Shown piece after piece: positions 16,376 through 26,365 of a stretch of DNA of 64,000 nt. The notes below the pieces were generated by a model. That model made no database searches. It was not told the DNA's origin and saw nothing but the letters and a program-made list of their open reading frames with translations. Position 1 is the first letter of the stretch. Every line of letters starts with the position of its first letter. Origin of the DNA: a virus; the IMG/VR virus record IMGVR_UViG_3300037232_000040; one strand, given 5' to 3'. The translations under genes and the position numbers were made by a program.

Positions 16376-19300
16376 TTATGGTTTCCTCGTGTTGTGGCTA
16401 TACACACGTTTGCTACCTGCCTTGCCGCAGGCAAATGTGCGACCGCCTATGCTAATCCTGCCTACCCAGCGTTTACCTATGCGTATTGCCTGCATAGCTG
16501 TGGATAACTCTGTAGGTGTACTAGGTCCACTGTCCGTCCATGCTTGCTTACCAGCCATGCCAAACGCGTACACAGTTTCACCGGTAGGCAGCTCAAACGG
16601 TGTAGATTCACTGCCTTCCCACACTGCGCCGTTACTAAACACAAGCCGCACACAAGGTTCTAGCGAAACCCCGGTGGCTTCAACTTGCGCCGCGTACACT
16701 TCTCCTGTGACAGTATTAACGCAGTCAAGCCAAGTACCAGCAACTACGGCTCCGATGCAGGTATGCTCATCCAACATCATGCCCATTGCAGGACAGCCAC
16801 CACCACCTATCCCACCGCCGCCGCCACCTTGTCCACCGCTACCGCTAGCATCGACTGTAAATACATACCCTAAACAAATATGCCCGTTATATACGGCTTG
16901 TGTCATGGCCGCGTAGCTAGTGAGCAGGTAAGCGTAGGCTGTACCGTAGAATCCAGGGTCCCACATAACATAGTATCCTGTAGCTAGCGCCTGACCAGGA
17001 AAAGTAAAAGGCCCTATGTTCGTTACAGTGCCGTCACTTTTATTTATTTCAATAGGGTCACTGATACCTGATGGGCCATAAGCGCGTACTGTAGCTGCCG
17101 TAAACGGCGGGCCACCGGTACCTATGGAGTCCACAGTAGCATCGTTGCCAACAAATTGCCCGAAGTTGTTGTACGAACCGTTAAACACGAAGGTGTACGC
17201 AGTTACGTTGGCAATGTCTTGCTCTTGCGTACCTAGTTCATTAAATGACGTAAACTTAAATGACATTGTACTCCCAACAAGCGTAGGGTCTACGGGCAGT
17301 ACAAATATGGCTTGGTCAAGTCGCAGAAAATTGCTGGACGCAGGGAACGACTCTATAGGACTACCAAATACTCCACGACGCAACAGTGTTCCCAGTTGAT
17401 ATTGTTGAGGTCCTAGCAGCGTGGCGGTCTGATATGAAATTAGCTCTACTGCACCACTCGGTGTGCGGAAGAGGCACAACGTACGGTAGTTGTTACAATC
17501 GCTGGCTGTACCGCTCAGCAGTACGCCACCTATGTCTTGCAGTTGCACATCAACCGAATGGGTGGTATCAGGGTCACTGCTAGCGGGCAGCACCGTAGTA
17601 GTGTAGCCCATGCGCGCAGCACCGTATATGCGGCCAACCTGCTTATAGGTTACTCCGTCTACGGCCATCCAAACAGTAGCACCTGCCCACGTAGTCAATT
17701 GCCCACAGATACCAATCCACACTTCGTACTCACCGGGGTTAAGTGCTAGCCTATCATTGGCTTCAAAGATAATGGGCGGCAAAACATTTCCGGGGTCAGC
17801 ATTGCCATTGGGCTGATAGCCGCTGCCCGACTGTACGGGCTGACCAGTAGGGCTGGAGCTACCGAATATAAACTGGTAAGCCTCGAACTCATAAGTGCCA
17901 TCTTCTTTTTCTGTGACTGAAGAAATTCGCACTGGGGTGTTAACCAAACCAAGCACAGAGTCATTCAGAGCGATTACGTCCATAGGTTCAATTCTGCAGT
18001 ACTGCAAACCCAGCGTAAACTTGAACGTCTGGTTCAAATATACGTTCTGCTTAGCATATGTATCGGCCACTAGCTGTGCAACTGCAGCGCTGGTAATAGG
18101 GTGCATTGTTCTAACATCGTCCCGCTTTTCACCGAACACATTTATGTTAGCTTCGTTCTTAACTTCCACGGTGGAAACATTGTAGTCGTTAGAACGGTCT
18201 ATGTACTCTACGGCCACCACATTCATAGCGTCTGCAGGGTCTTTTACGGCCACCTGTACCGGTGCTGTGGTGCCTGTCCGTATATAGTCGTTGTCGCACA
18301 CGAAGTACTTAGGGTAGGTATCCGGTACGAACACGTAGCCGTTGCCCGCAACCGTCTTCTCACCGGCTGGAACAAACTTTAGCTTACCCTCGCTCCAAAA
18401 TGCGGCCGTATTAACTATGTCCAGTATAGTTTGTAGTTGGTTGGCGTGTGTGTCCTGCGAATCAAATACTGGAGATAGCAAAATGCCGTTGGCGTAGCAG
18501 TAATTCTGCATGGCCGACATATCGCCTATGTACGAAGGGTTAAAGCTAGCTCCATAATATACGCTGGTAAGCATATCATAAATTATGAAGCTAGGGTCAG
18601 CGTCCAACAACCCACCACCAGTAACACCTATACCCAAAACCTCCCAATTTAGATTAGGTAGTTCCCCGGAGCTGCCTAGATCAAAGTCTGAATTAGCAAG
18701 GTAAGCAATACCGGTATAACCTAGCGCCTGCGTAGGGTGCGCACTGGTCAGGTAGCTCCAAGGAGTTTGCGGCCGGGCACCATTAAAGTCAGTCATAAAT
18801 ACTTCGCTGGGCGGTAGTGCAGCAGTTACAGCGGTCACGTACTTATACTGCACTGAAATTTGTTTGCCCGCATCAGCACCTGAAAAGTAGTATACCCAAG
18901 GGCTACTAGGTGACATGGAGTATTGGCCAGCTAAAATAGGATCACCGTAAGCCACAGGCTGCATGGGTGTGGTCATAAAACCAGAAAGGGTAACTGGGCC
19001 ATCAGAGCCATAGTCGTCAGCCACCACGTAGTAACTATCAACACGACCACAACCAATGTTGCCATAGTACAGCGGTGCATTGTATACCGGGCTGTAGCTA
19101 CCCCCACCACCGGGTACAGTATAGGTCTCGTTAGCATCCACGAGTTCTGCCACACCTGAAGTATCCCACACGTTAGCAAAGTAAGCGATTGGCCCTTCAC
19201 AGGCACCCATGGCCACAGCTGCAGTATAGGTGTATGAAGTAGTTTTAGTGGTGCCCCCTCCGAATCCTTTGCCACCTGATGCCTGCTGTGAAGTGTGCGC

Positions 19301-19468
19301 AATGGTGGTAAAGTCGCCATACCACATTATAAATGAGGCTACCCGGCTAGTTCCGTATACCACAGGTATAGCTTGTCCGTAGTTGCTGGCGGTTACACGT
19401 AAAGTAACCAGCGCTGACGGTGTTTGTGCTGCCACAGAGTTGCTAGAACTGCTACCGAATAAGCCCAT
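16376..19468 (-). CDS. tail-tip host-specificity protein (RcGTA g15 / lambda J-like) with C-terminal Hint-like module
   Basis: TAATG coupling to the upstream gene. N-terminus ..YGQAIPVVYGTSRV.. is typical of J-like proteins. Lies after the NlpC/P60 gene. Last 139 aa: Gly linker, Cys, then ..SHN-T. Confidence 0.75.
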   Translation of the reverse strand: MGLFGSSSSNSVAAQTPSALVTLRVTASNYGQAIPVVYGTSRVASFIMWYGDFTTIAHTSQQASGGKGFGGGTTKTTSYTYTAAVAMGACEGPIAYFANVWDTSGVAELVDANETYTVPGGGGSYSPVYNAPLYYGNIGCGRVDSYYVVADDYGSDGPVTLSGFMTTPMQPVAYGDPILAGQYSMSPSSPWVYYFSGADAGKQISVQYKYVTAVTAALPPSEVFMTDFNGARPQTPWSYLTSAHPTQALGYTGIAYLANSDFDLGSSGELPNLNWEVLGIGVTGGGLLDADPSFIIYDMLTSVYYGASFNPSYIGDMSAMQNYCYANGILLSPVFDSQDTHANQLQTILDIVNTAAFWSEGKLKFVPAGEKTVAGNGYVFVPDTYPKYFVCDNDYIRTGTTAPVQVAVKDPADAMNVVAVEYIDRSNDYNVSTVEVKNEANINVFGEKRDDVRTMHPITSAAVAQLVADTYAKQNVYLNQTFKFTLGLQYCRIEPMDVIALNDSVLGLVNTPVRISSVTEKEDGTYEFEAYQFIFGSSSPTGQPVQSGSGYQPNGNADPGNVLPPIIFEANDRLALNPGEYEVWIGICGQLTTWAGATVWMAVDGVTYKQVGRIYGAARMGYTTTVLPASSDPDTTHSVDVQLQDIGGVLLSGTASDCNNYRTLCLFRTPSGAVELISYQTATLLGPQQYQLGTLLRRGVFGSPIESFPASSNFLRLDQAIFVLPVDPTLVGSTMSFKFTSFNELGTQEQDIANVTAYTFVFNGSYNNFGQFVGNDATVDSIGTGGPPFTAATVRAYGPSGISDPIEINKSDGTVTNIGPFTFPGQALATGYYVMWDPGFYGTAYAYLLTSYAAMTQAVYNGHICLGYVFTVDASGSGGQGGGGGGIGGGGCPAMGMMLDEHTCIGAVVAGTWLDCVNTVTGEVYAAQVEATGVSLEPCVRLVFSNGAVWEGSESTPFELPTGETVYAFGMAGKQAWTDSGPSTPTELSTAMQAIRIGKRWVGRISIGGRTFACGKAGSKRVYSHNTRKP

Positions 19469-19926
19469 TACTGCTCCTTAAGTTTGAACAACTTTCTTTC
19501 TAGCCAGCGCAGTTCCCTACTTAGATCGCAGTACACAACCCCGCGTCCTTTAGTAGCGTGGATAACCATGGGGTATTCTACGACAATAGCGCCGTGTGAA
19601 TACGGATGTTCTATAACATTTCCACCGCTCTTAAAAGCCGGTGCGGTGCGGAACATCATAAAATCAGCCGGTAGAGGCACGTCCTGTATTTCTTCAGCAT
19701 ACTGCAGCACAAACTCTAGGTACAACTCCCTAGTATGGTGTAAATGCCATTGCGCCGCGTACTGGGGGGCTGCTGCGCTATCCAGCATATTGCAGGCTTG
19801 GTACACAGCCAATGGGAACATGGCACAGTCCGCACCGCAGCCCTTTACAGCCTGCCTATCTTGGTAGGGTGTACCCAACCAAGTTTTAGCTTCAGTCACT
19901 ACTGCTGCACGCTGTTCGTCATTCAT
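19468..19926 (-). CDS. NlpC/P60-family peptidase (tail-associated, RcGTA g14 / lambda K-like)
   Basis: ..WLGTPYQDRQAVKGCGADCAMF.. (catalytic Cys) and ..YSHGAIV.. (His). Conserved position in the tail-tip module. Confidence 0.75.
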   Translation of the reverse strand: MNDEQRAAVVTEAKTWLGTPYQDRQAVKGCGADCAMFPLAVYQACNMLDSAAAPQYAAQWHLHHTRELYLEFVLQYAEEIQDVPLPADFMMFRTAPAFKSGGNVIEHPYSHGAIVVEYPMVIHATKGRGVVYCDLSRELRWLERKLFKLKEQ

Positions 19927-19929
19927 AGC

Positions 19930-20805
19930 TTAGTATGCCGTTTCTGGTGCTGGTACATAAGGCAGCCCGCTAAAGTTAATCAAGTTGTTGAACTTAGCGC
20001 TGCAGGTGGCCTGCGTCTTATCACAGCCGGGGTAGGCAGTAAACGTGTCCCCGCCATTAGGCGCGAACAACATAGGCACGGCCATGTATATAAATTCATT
20101 TACGTAATTGTCCACATAGTAAGTGAGCCCGACATTGGGGCCAGAAGTAAACACTACCTGCCCTTGGTTGAAATACCCGTCCGGGTTACTTAGCGTAGAA
20201 GCAATCTTGTTCTGCGTAGACCCGGCTACCACGGTAGCACTGACTGCGAAGCTAGACTGGTGAAGTGTACAACCGGGGCTAAACAAAGTCCAACGGCAGC
20301 CCGGCTGGATTATATTGCGTGGAAACTGTTGGTCAAACAATATGGTCAGAGCTTTGCACACCACCACGGCATGTACGCGGTCAACACTGGTTACATTGCC
20401 CAGCACACCTGTAAACACATTGATAGTGCCGTAGGCTGTGCCGCCATTGCCGGGATCCTGCATAAACAGCTTGTCAACAACTATACTAGCCTGTTGCCAC
20501 ACGCCTACACGTATGCTCTGCAGTAAAGGAATAGTGCCTATCAACACAGGTGGTAGTTCAGACGGGGCGTCACCTATGGTCATATCCAGGGTAGCCACTT
20601 CAAACCCTAGCTTAGTAGAAGCCTTGCCGCGCTTAAAATAGGGCGGCCCCGGTAAATAGACATTACCGTTGTAAGTTATGGGACCATCGTAGCTGGTAGC
20701 TCTAATCACCATACCGCTGGGCAGCGTTACGGTAATTAAATCGGCTACGTTGGCCTCTGTCAGTGTGGGTAAAGCTGCAATCAATGCTGGTGGAGCGTAT
20801 TTCAT
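19930..20805 (-). CDS. DUF2163 / phage BR0599-type distal tail protein (RcGTA g13-like)
   Basis: C-terminal ..YPGCDKTQATCSAKFNNLINFSGLPYVP.. matches the BR0599 motif as remembered. ATGA coupling to the upstream gene. Confidence 0.7.
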   Translation of the reverse strand: MKYAPPALIAALPTLTEANVADLITVTLPSGMVIRATSYDGPITYNGNVYLPGPPYFKRGKASTKLGFEVATLDMTIGDAPSELPPVLIGTIPLLQSIRVGVWQQASIVVDKLFMQDPGNGGTAYGTINVFTGVLGNVTSVDRVHAVVVCKALTILFDQQFPRNIIQPGCRWTLFSPGCTLHQSSFAVSATVVAGSTQNKIASTLSNPDGYFNQGQVVFTSGPNVGLTYYVDNYVNEFIYMAVPMLFAPNGGDTFTAYPGCDKTQATCSAKFNNLINFSGLPYVPAPETAY

Positions 20806-21443
20806 AGGCGCACCGTCATAAGCTCAACTTTGTTGCACTTCCAGATAAGGTACATGAACTCGCTGAACTGCAAGCTATCTTTGGTAAACCTGCAGCGGTA
20901 TGCCCATGTAAAGTCAGCGCTTATAGCCGCGCCAAGGGCAGGGGGAGTAGAGAAAACTATAATGCCAGTTGTGCCCAGTGTGAAGGCCGTAGTGGGCACA
21001 CCACCCACATATACCGTAGGTGTGCCCTGCGGATTCTGTACTATGTCCAATATGCCATATACGGTCTGCACCATTTGAAACGCAGTAGTAGTACCGTCGC
21101 CCACACCCAGCAGCTGCCCCTGCACGCTGCTATCAGCAGGTACTAGGGTTAGCAGCGAAGGCTGCAGTAGAAACGATGTAAATGAACCACGACACTGCCC
21201 GAAGAACTGCATCAATGCCGTGCGCTCCGTAAATCCGGTAGGTGCACCGCTGGCGTCTGAGGTCTGCACATAATCTCGTAAGTAACTGTAGACTAAGGAA
21301 AGTGACCAGGTAGGGTACAGCTGACTACTTTGCCTTGTCTCACGGCCATTCTCAGATTCTTGGATTATAGTGCGGTACTGCGGCATCCAACCTATATTCC
21401 AAGTAAGTCCGGGCAACTGAGGAAACCACAGTGGTGTCGGCAT
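20802..21443 (-). CDS. DUF2460-type tail protein (RcGTA g12-like)
   Basis: N-terminus MPTPLWFPQLPGLTWNIGW... Size about 213 aa. Position is immediately after the tape measure and before the g13-like gene. Confidence 0.6.
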   Translation of the reverse strand: MPTPLWFPQLPGLTWNIGWMPQYRTIIQESENGRETRQSSQLYPTWSLSLVYSYLRDYVQTSDASGAPTGFTERTALMQFFGQCRGSFTSFLLQPSLLTLVPADSSVQGQLLGVGDGTTTAFQMVQTVYGILDIVQNPQGTPTVYVGGVPTTAFTLGTTGIIVFSTPPALGAAISADFTWAYRCRFTKDSLQFSEFMYLIWKCNKVELMTVRL

Positions 21444-21448
21444 ATAGG

Positions 21449-23782
21449 CTATGCAAACCTCATGTGCCTAAAATCAGTTTTGATCTTGGCAACAAATCGC
21501 TCATACTGGTCATCCATAATTGCGTTAACGGACTTGGCATCCATGGCTGTAATGTTAGGTGAGAAATGCGTGTGTAGCTCGGAACTATTTTGCTGCCCAC
21601 CGGTGGTTGTGAAGTTTGAAACTGAACTGGTTATCAGGTTGCTTATGTTCTTAGGCAGAACCATTTCCTGCTCATGCAATTTATGGAAGCCAGTGTTAGG
21701 CACCAGTCCACCCGCTTCAAATGCGCCAAATGCCATCACACCAGCAAAGGCTGCGGCTGCAGCAATAGCACCGGCTACCGGGCCGCCCCACGCGCTAGCC
21801 CAGCTGTAGGAATTACCAGCTGCAGTCTTAGCATCTACAAGTATCTGCTTGAGCCCAGCTAACTTTTGAGTTTCCAACATCTTTAGTATGTTGTTAGCCA
21901 TACCTTCAAACATGGACTCGCCTAGCTTCAACATTCCTTGCGAGAACGTAGTTTGCCCAGTAAGAATACCAACGAAGGCGCTGTTAAACTCAGACCTTTC
22001 CTTCGCCAGTGCATTAGCATCAAACTGCTCCATTTGAGTCATTATCTGTTGGTGTTTGGTGGCGTATTGCTGGTCTAGTTCTACCTTTTTATCGATAAGC
22101 GCTTGGTACTGCTCCTTATCCTGGCCATAAATGGTTTCAGCGTCGATAAGCTGCTGTGTTAGCAAAGCATTTTCTGTATTATACCAGTTGTTCAGTGCAG
22201 CAAGGGAGTGCGCTGTCCACTGGTCTATACTCTCATCGTGGTGCTTAAGTGCGAAGTCATCACTTTTTACTTGCTCAGCCAGCACCTGCGTAGCTATCTT
22301 TTCCTCAGTCTGCAGTATTTTCTGCTGTGCCGCGTTGTACGCAGTTACTTTCTTGAGTTGAGCCTTAGTCCACGCATCCTCATCTTTCTGATATGCGGCT
22401 TCCAACACAGTAAGCGAGTCTTCATTAATTTTGTCGTAATCTGCGGCAGCTTCCTTAACCAGCTTTAGCTTAGCTTCTTCGTACGTAGTTACAATGGCGT
22501 TGCTCCGTTCTTGGTGCGCGTAAGTCTCTGCCTCTTCCTGCCCATTAATACGTGCGAAGGTCGCGGCCTCACTAGCACCAGTCGCAGCTTGTCGTTGCGC
22601 AGCTTCACTAGCTTGCTCCTGAAGCGCCTTTATAATAATCTGGTGCTTCTGATCTTCCAAACTTAGCAGTGTGGCCAGTTCATCAGCAGCGGAACTCATA
22701 TCTAAAGCATGTAGGCTCTTAGCGTAAGATTCTTGGTAAGCTATACGCGCCTCGTCAGCCTGCTTATGTGCCTCAGTTACGGCAGCCATTTCGGCGAGCT
22801 GATCATCAATGCCAGACTTAGCCTTGTCACCTTGTAACGCAGCTTCTTTAGCTGGGAACGCATATTTAACCTTGTCCGAAAGTTGATCTAAAAGTTTACC
22901 GTACACTTCCAGCGACTTATTATTTTCTGCAATGCGCTCACTATTCTGGTGTATCTGAAACCCAGTCTTGCTCCATAAATCACTGATGTGAAAAGCAAGT
23001 TGTGCGTCCTCAGCTGTAACTTGCTCAATGGTAGCTTGTACTTCTTTAATCTTAGATATAGTGTTGGATTTCTCTTGCTGCAATATCTTTTCTTCGGCTA
23101 CTACACGTGCTGTACCGGTAAGTGCAGCAGCGCTAGCTTCTAGCTCAGAGTCCTTTAGCTCAGCATTCTTACTGATGATTTCAATATTGCGTTCTACAGC
23201 AGCAGCCTCAGACTTCTTTACCTCAGCAGTCCACCCAGCTAAGTAGTCAGTAGCGCTGGCAATGGCACTGCCTATCTGATAAAACACGCTGAGCAATGCT
23301 ACAGCACCTATGACAGGAAAAGCTGCCTGCAGTACTGGCCCTAGTCCCAGCGTGGTAGCCAGGAAAGCACCGGCAGCCCGGGTGGTACCTGTAAGGTTGC
23401 CCTCCATAACATGCAGGCTGGTGCTGGCTGCTATGCGTGCCGATATACCGCGTGTGGTGGCTGCCGTGTTAGCATCTTCACTGGCAGTTTCGTCGTCTAC
23501 AGCTACAGTCAGTTGGTTGTACGCAGCCTGTGCTTCGCGGGCTGCTACTGCGTACTGCGCAATAATGGCGGCAGCTTGCTGGTTGCCAGTTGCCGCAGCC
23601 GCGCCCAGCTGCAACTGCGCATCAGCAAGATTCTTTACCGCAGCGTCCACCACAGTGTACGCCTGAGCCATTTGGCCAGTAGTGACCTGAGTGGTGGCAG
23701 CTAGATCGGTAAGCCCAGCCTTAAGCTGCGAGCCATCAAACCTAGCTGTCATCACCAGAACGTTGTCAGTTGTTGCCGACAT
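21449..23782 (-). CDS. tape measure protein
   Basis: 777 aa, Ala/Gln/Glu-rich coiled coil with a hydrophobic Gly/Ala segment near the C-terminus. Lies downstream of the frameshifted chaperone pair. Confidence 0.75.
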   Translation of the reverse strand: MSATTDNVLVMTARFDGSQLKAGLTDLAATTQVTTGQMAQAYTVVDAAVKNLADAQLQLGAAAATGNQQAAAIIAQYAVAAREAQAAYNQLTVAVDDETASEDANTAATTRGISARIAASTSLHVMEGNLTGTTRAAGAFLATTLGLGPVLQAAFPVIGAVALLSVFYQIGSAIASATDYLAGWTAEVKKSEAAAVERNIEIISKNAELKDSELEASAAALTGTARVVAEEKILQQEKSNTISKIKEVQATIEQVTAEDAQLAFHISDLWSKTGFQIHQNSERIAENNKSLEVYGKLLDQLSDKVKYAFPAKEAALQGDKAKSGIDDQLAEMAAVTEAHKQADEARIAYQESYAKSLHALDMSSAADELATLLSLEDQKHQIIIKALQEQASEAAQRQAATGASEAATFARINGQEEAETYAHQERSNAIVTTYEEAKLKLVKEAAADYDKINEDSLTVLEAAYQKDEDAWTKAQLKKVTAYNAAQQKILQTEEKIATQVLAEQVKSDDFALKHHDESIDQWTAHSLAALNNWYNTENALLTQQLIDAETIYGQDKEQYQALIDKKVELDQQYATKHQQIMTQMEQFDANALAKERSEFNSAFVGILTGQTTFSQGMLKLGESMFEGMANNILKMLETQKLAGLKQILVDAKTAAGNSYSWASAWGGPVAGAIAAAAAFAGVMAFGAFEAGGLVPNTGFHKLHEQEMVLPKNISNLITSSVSNFTTTGGQQNSSELHTHFSPNITAMDAKSVNAIMDDQYERFVAKIKTDFRHMRFA

Positions 23783-24194
23783 TTTCTACCTTACCTTTGC
23801 GAGCATCCGCAATCAACTTAGCCATAGAATCCTGCACACCGGCGGGCAGTTTGCTCCAGCTTTGTGCAGGCATTTCGTCCATGTACTTCTTCTCTACTTT
23901 GGTTAGCTCAGTTGAGCGTTTAGTATTGCCTACTCGGATGCCAAAAGCCGCAGCTATGTTCTGCACTAGCAGGTGCACCGGCGGATGCACACACCAGTAG
24001 TCACTTTGTAGCGCAACGTAGCGCCAAGGCAGGTTGTCTATGTACTCAAGAGACCAACCAGTGGCCGTAACAATGCAGCAGCGCATATTCTCTATATCTT
24101 CTAGAGTTAAAGCTGCGGTGCTGCCGGTGCTTCCCCCGCCGCAGGCACACCTCCCACACCGGCTTCGGTCTTCACTACTGTCAGCTTGCTCCAA
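23766..24194 (-). CDS. tail assembly chaperone extension (T-like), reached by -1 frameshift from 24107..24460
   Basis: ORF lacks a credible start of its own. It overlaps the 3' end of the G-like ORF in the -1 frame. A G-run (GCG GGG GAA; + strand 24133-24137) lies in the overlap. Confidence 0.5.
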   Translation of the reverse strand: MEQADSSEDRSRCGRCACGGGSTGSTAALTLEDIENMRCCIVTATGWSLEYIDNLPWRYVALQSDYWCVHPPVHLLVQNIAAAFGIRVGNTKRSTELTKVEKKYMDEMPAQSWSKLPAGVQDSMAKLIADARKGKVENVGNN

Positions 24195-24460
24195 CTTAGT
24201 ATTTCAGTTTGCAGAAAATCAAACGAAGTGGAGTCAATCTCATTTGCAATTCGTTCAGGTGTCCAGGGCTGTGCTTCACACATAAACTCAGCATTAGTAA
24301 ACGAATTAATAACCAAGTTAATGGCCCGCGTCTTTAGTTCTCCAACAGTTTTGCCTTCGGGAGACCAAGCAACAATGGTCTCAACCTGCCTCATGGTCAG
24401 GGAACCAATAACAAACTCGGCTCCATCGATAGTTACTGCCTTCTTGCGCACAATAGACAT
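24107..24460 (-). CDS. tail assembly chaperone (G-like)
   Basis: GAGGAG upstream of ATG 24460. 117 aa. Lies between the major tail and tape measure genes. Confidence 0.6.
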   Translation of the reverse strand: MSIVRKKAVTIDGAEFVIGSLTMRQVETIVAWSPEGKTVGELKTRAINLVINSFTNAEFMCEAQPWTPERIANEIDSTSFDFLQTEILSWSKLTVVKTEAGVGGVPAAGEAPAAPQL

Positions 24461-24528
24461 TGCTTTTAGCTCCTCACTGGTGGATGCGGGTTACGGGGTG
24501 GCAGGCTGTGCACCTGCCACCCTAATTG

Positions 24529-25299
24529 TTAATTACCGGGGCTGATCTGGAACCACTCAAACCACTGGCCAGCGGAGTTAGGGTATGACTCGAACTCAAA
24601 GTCACTGATAACGTAGCCATCGCGCTTTAAAGGCGCTGACATCTTGCTAGATCGGCAGTTAAACAAGTGCAGGCCGTTTGCGCCTTGGTACGGCATGGCA
24701 AGGTACAACTCAAACACCGGGCCATAACCTTGCAGTTGATTGATGACCAGCATGGTTTCACCGTCGGTGCTGTCCGTATACGCGTAGAAGAACAACAACG
24801 CGGCACCAGCATCAGCTACGGCAAATGTGTACACACCCTTACCAGCACCTGCCTCTACTACGCTGTACTTACCGGCTGCCTCAGCACCAGCTAACACCTG
24901 CTGCAACTGCTGCCCTGTGGCTGCATACCTAACACCCAGGTCATTAATAAACGTGGTGTGGTTAGAAACCGACACTGTGTAAGGACTAATGGCAGGCACT
25001 GTATTAGCTTCGCCGGGGTAAGGCACCAATTTCTTAATGCCAGGGGTAATGGTGCTGCCGAACATCAGGCTGTTGTAAATCTCTACTTCAATGCGACCAA
25101 ATGCGGCTTTACCTTTGATATCCATGTCGCCGGGTGCAATGTCATCCGGGCCTTTAAGCTGGCCGCGCAACGACACCAATTTCTGTGAAAAGTCAACACT
25201 AGCGTCTTGAATGGTGCCGAAAATTTGCGGCCCTGAAGGAGTACCCAGATTACCACCGGTAGGCCGCGCGTACATACCACCAATCCCAAACTGAAACAT
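24529..25299 (-). CDS. major tail (tube) protein
   Basis: AAGGAG 8 nt upstream of ATG 25299. 256 aa. Canonical position upstream of the chaperones. No family recognised by eye. Confidence 0.55.
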   Translation of the reverse strand: MFQFGIGGMYARPTGGNLGTPSGPQIFGTIQDASVDFSQKLVSLRGQLKGPDDIAPGDMDIKGKAAFGRIEVEIYNSLMFGSTITPGIKKLVPYPGEANTVPAISPYTVSVSNHTTFINDLGVRYAATGQQLQQVLAGAEAAGKYSVVEAGAGKGVYTFAVADAGAALLFFYAYTDSTDGETMLVINQLQGYGPVFELYLAMPYQGANGLHLFNCRSSKMSAPLKRDGYVISDFEFESYPNSAGQWFEWFQISPGN

Positions 25300-25351
25300 T
25301 GTTTAATTCTCCTTGTGGTGTGCGGCCTTGGCCGCAGAGTTTACCTGCAGG

Positions 25352-25798
25352 CTACATTCCAATCAGTACTACGATGGGAATCTCAATCTTGCCTTGCTGG
25401 TCAAGCAACCCTTCGTCCCTATCTATGCGGCCTTGTATCATAGCCTGTGTTACAAGGTTGCCTAGAGTTTGGTTCTCGCCTAGCCTTGGCCCTTGCATAG
25501 CTTTGTCAACCATGTCCATAATGTCGTCAAGGTAGTACCCAAAACTATCACCGGGTGCGGCTGGCGTGGCGTCCCTACGTGCGTAAACCAACGCACTATA
25601 GTAGAGTGTGTACTTTATAGCCCCGTATGCTTGCGACTGTTCCCCGGTTTGCACTGGTTGGTATAGCCCGAAGTAGGGCTGTTCCAAGGCCGTGACTTTA
25701 GACCACAGTCGTGCCGTTGGCTCAGCCTTAGCCCATGTGTACGCCCCGGCCAGTAAATTAAATAGTGCTGTAGAAACTTGTCTGCGAGTAACTTGCAT
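25352..25798 (-). CDS. tail terminator / tail completion protein (positional call)
   Basis: 148 aa between the gp10-like gene and the major tail gene. Confidence 0.4.
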   Translation of the reverse strand: MQVTRRQVSTALFNLLAGAYTWAKAEPTARLWSKVTALEQPYFGLYQPVQTGEQSQAYGAIKYTLYYSALVYARRDATPAAPGDSFGYYLDDIMDMVDKAMQGPRLGENQTLGNLVTQAMIQGRIDRDEGLLDQQGKIEIPIVVLIGM

Positions 25799-25804
25799 AG
25801 TGGC

Positions 25805-26365
25805 CTACCCTTGCACACCATACGCTTCCAAAATTGCAGCAGCGTAGGCGGTTTGTAGATTTTCTAGTATGTTGGCGCTCTGTTCATCTAGGCCAGCACG
25901 CATAAAGCTGCGCTGTGGGTAAGTAGCGGGGTGCGCGTGCACCACAATGTCAGTACGCACGAAGTTTATCTGCCTACGCTGGCTAGTAAGGCCACCCTTA
26001 GTAAGCAGCCGCACCACGCCACCGCTAGCACTGCGTGCGGAGCGCCGCGTATACTCCGGTATCTGGAATGTTCCACCTTCTTCGTGCACAATACCGTAAG
26101 GTGCTAAGCCGCCACCACCGTTCACTGAGCCTTCAACAGTAGTATCGTCTACAATGGTAGCTGGTACATAGTTAACCGATGACTGCAGCCTGCCACTGCG
26201 GTGCTGCAGCGGATTGCCCTCCAACTTGTTGGCCCGTATATACCCCTCTAGGCTTATCATCTGCGCGTCCATGGCGTTTACCATGGCATCCAGCACAGGG
26301 GAAATTAAACTGCCCAGCCGAGCTACAATGCGCTGGTCGCCACCACCAAAGTCAGCGGATATCAT
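25805..26365 (-). CDS. HK97 gp10-like head-tail joining protein
   Basis: ATGA coupling. ..HRSGRLQSSV.. and ..YGIVHEEGG.. resemble gp10-family blocks. Confidence 0.45.
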   Translation of the reverse strand: MISADFGGGDQRIVARLGSLISPVLDAMVNAMDAQMISLEGYIRANKLEGNPLQHRSGRLQSSVNYVPATIVDDTTVEGSVNGGGGLAPYGIVHEEGGTFQIPEYTRRSARSASGGVVRLLTKGGLTSQRRQINFVRTDIVVHAHPATYPQRSFMRAGLDEQSANILENLQTAYAAAILEAYGVQG

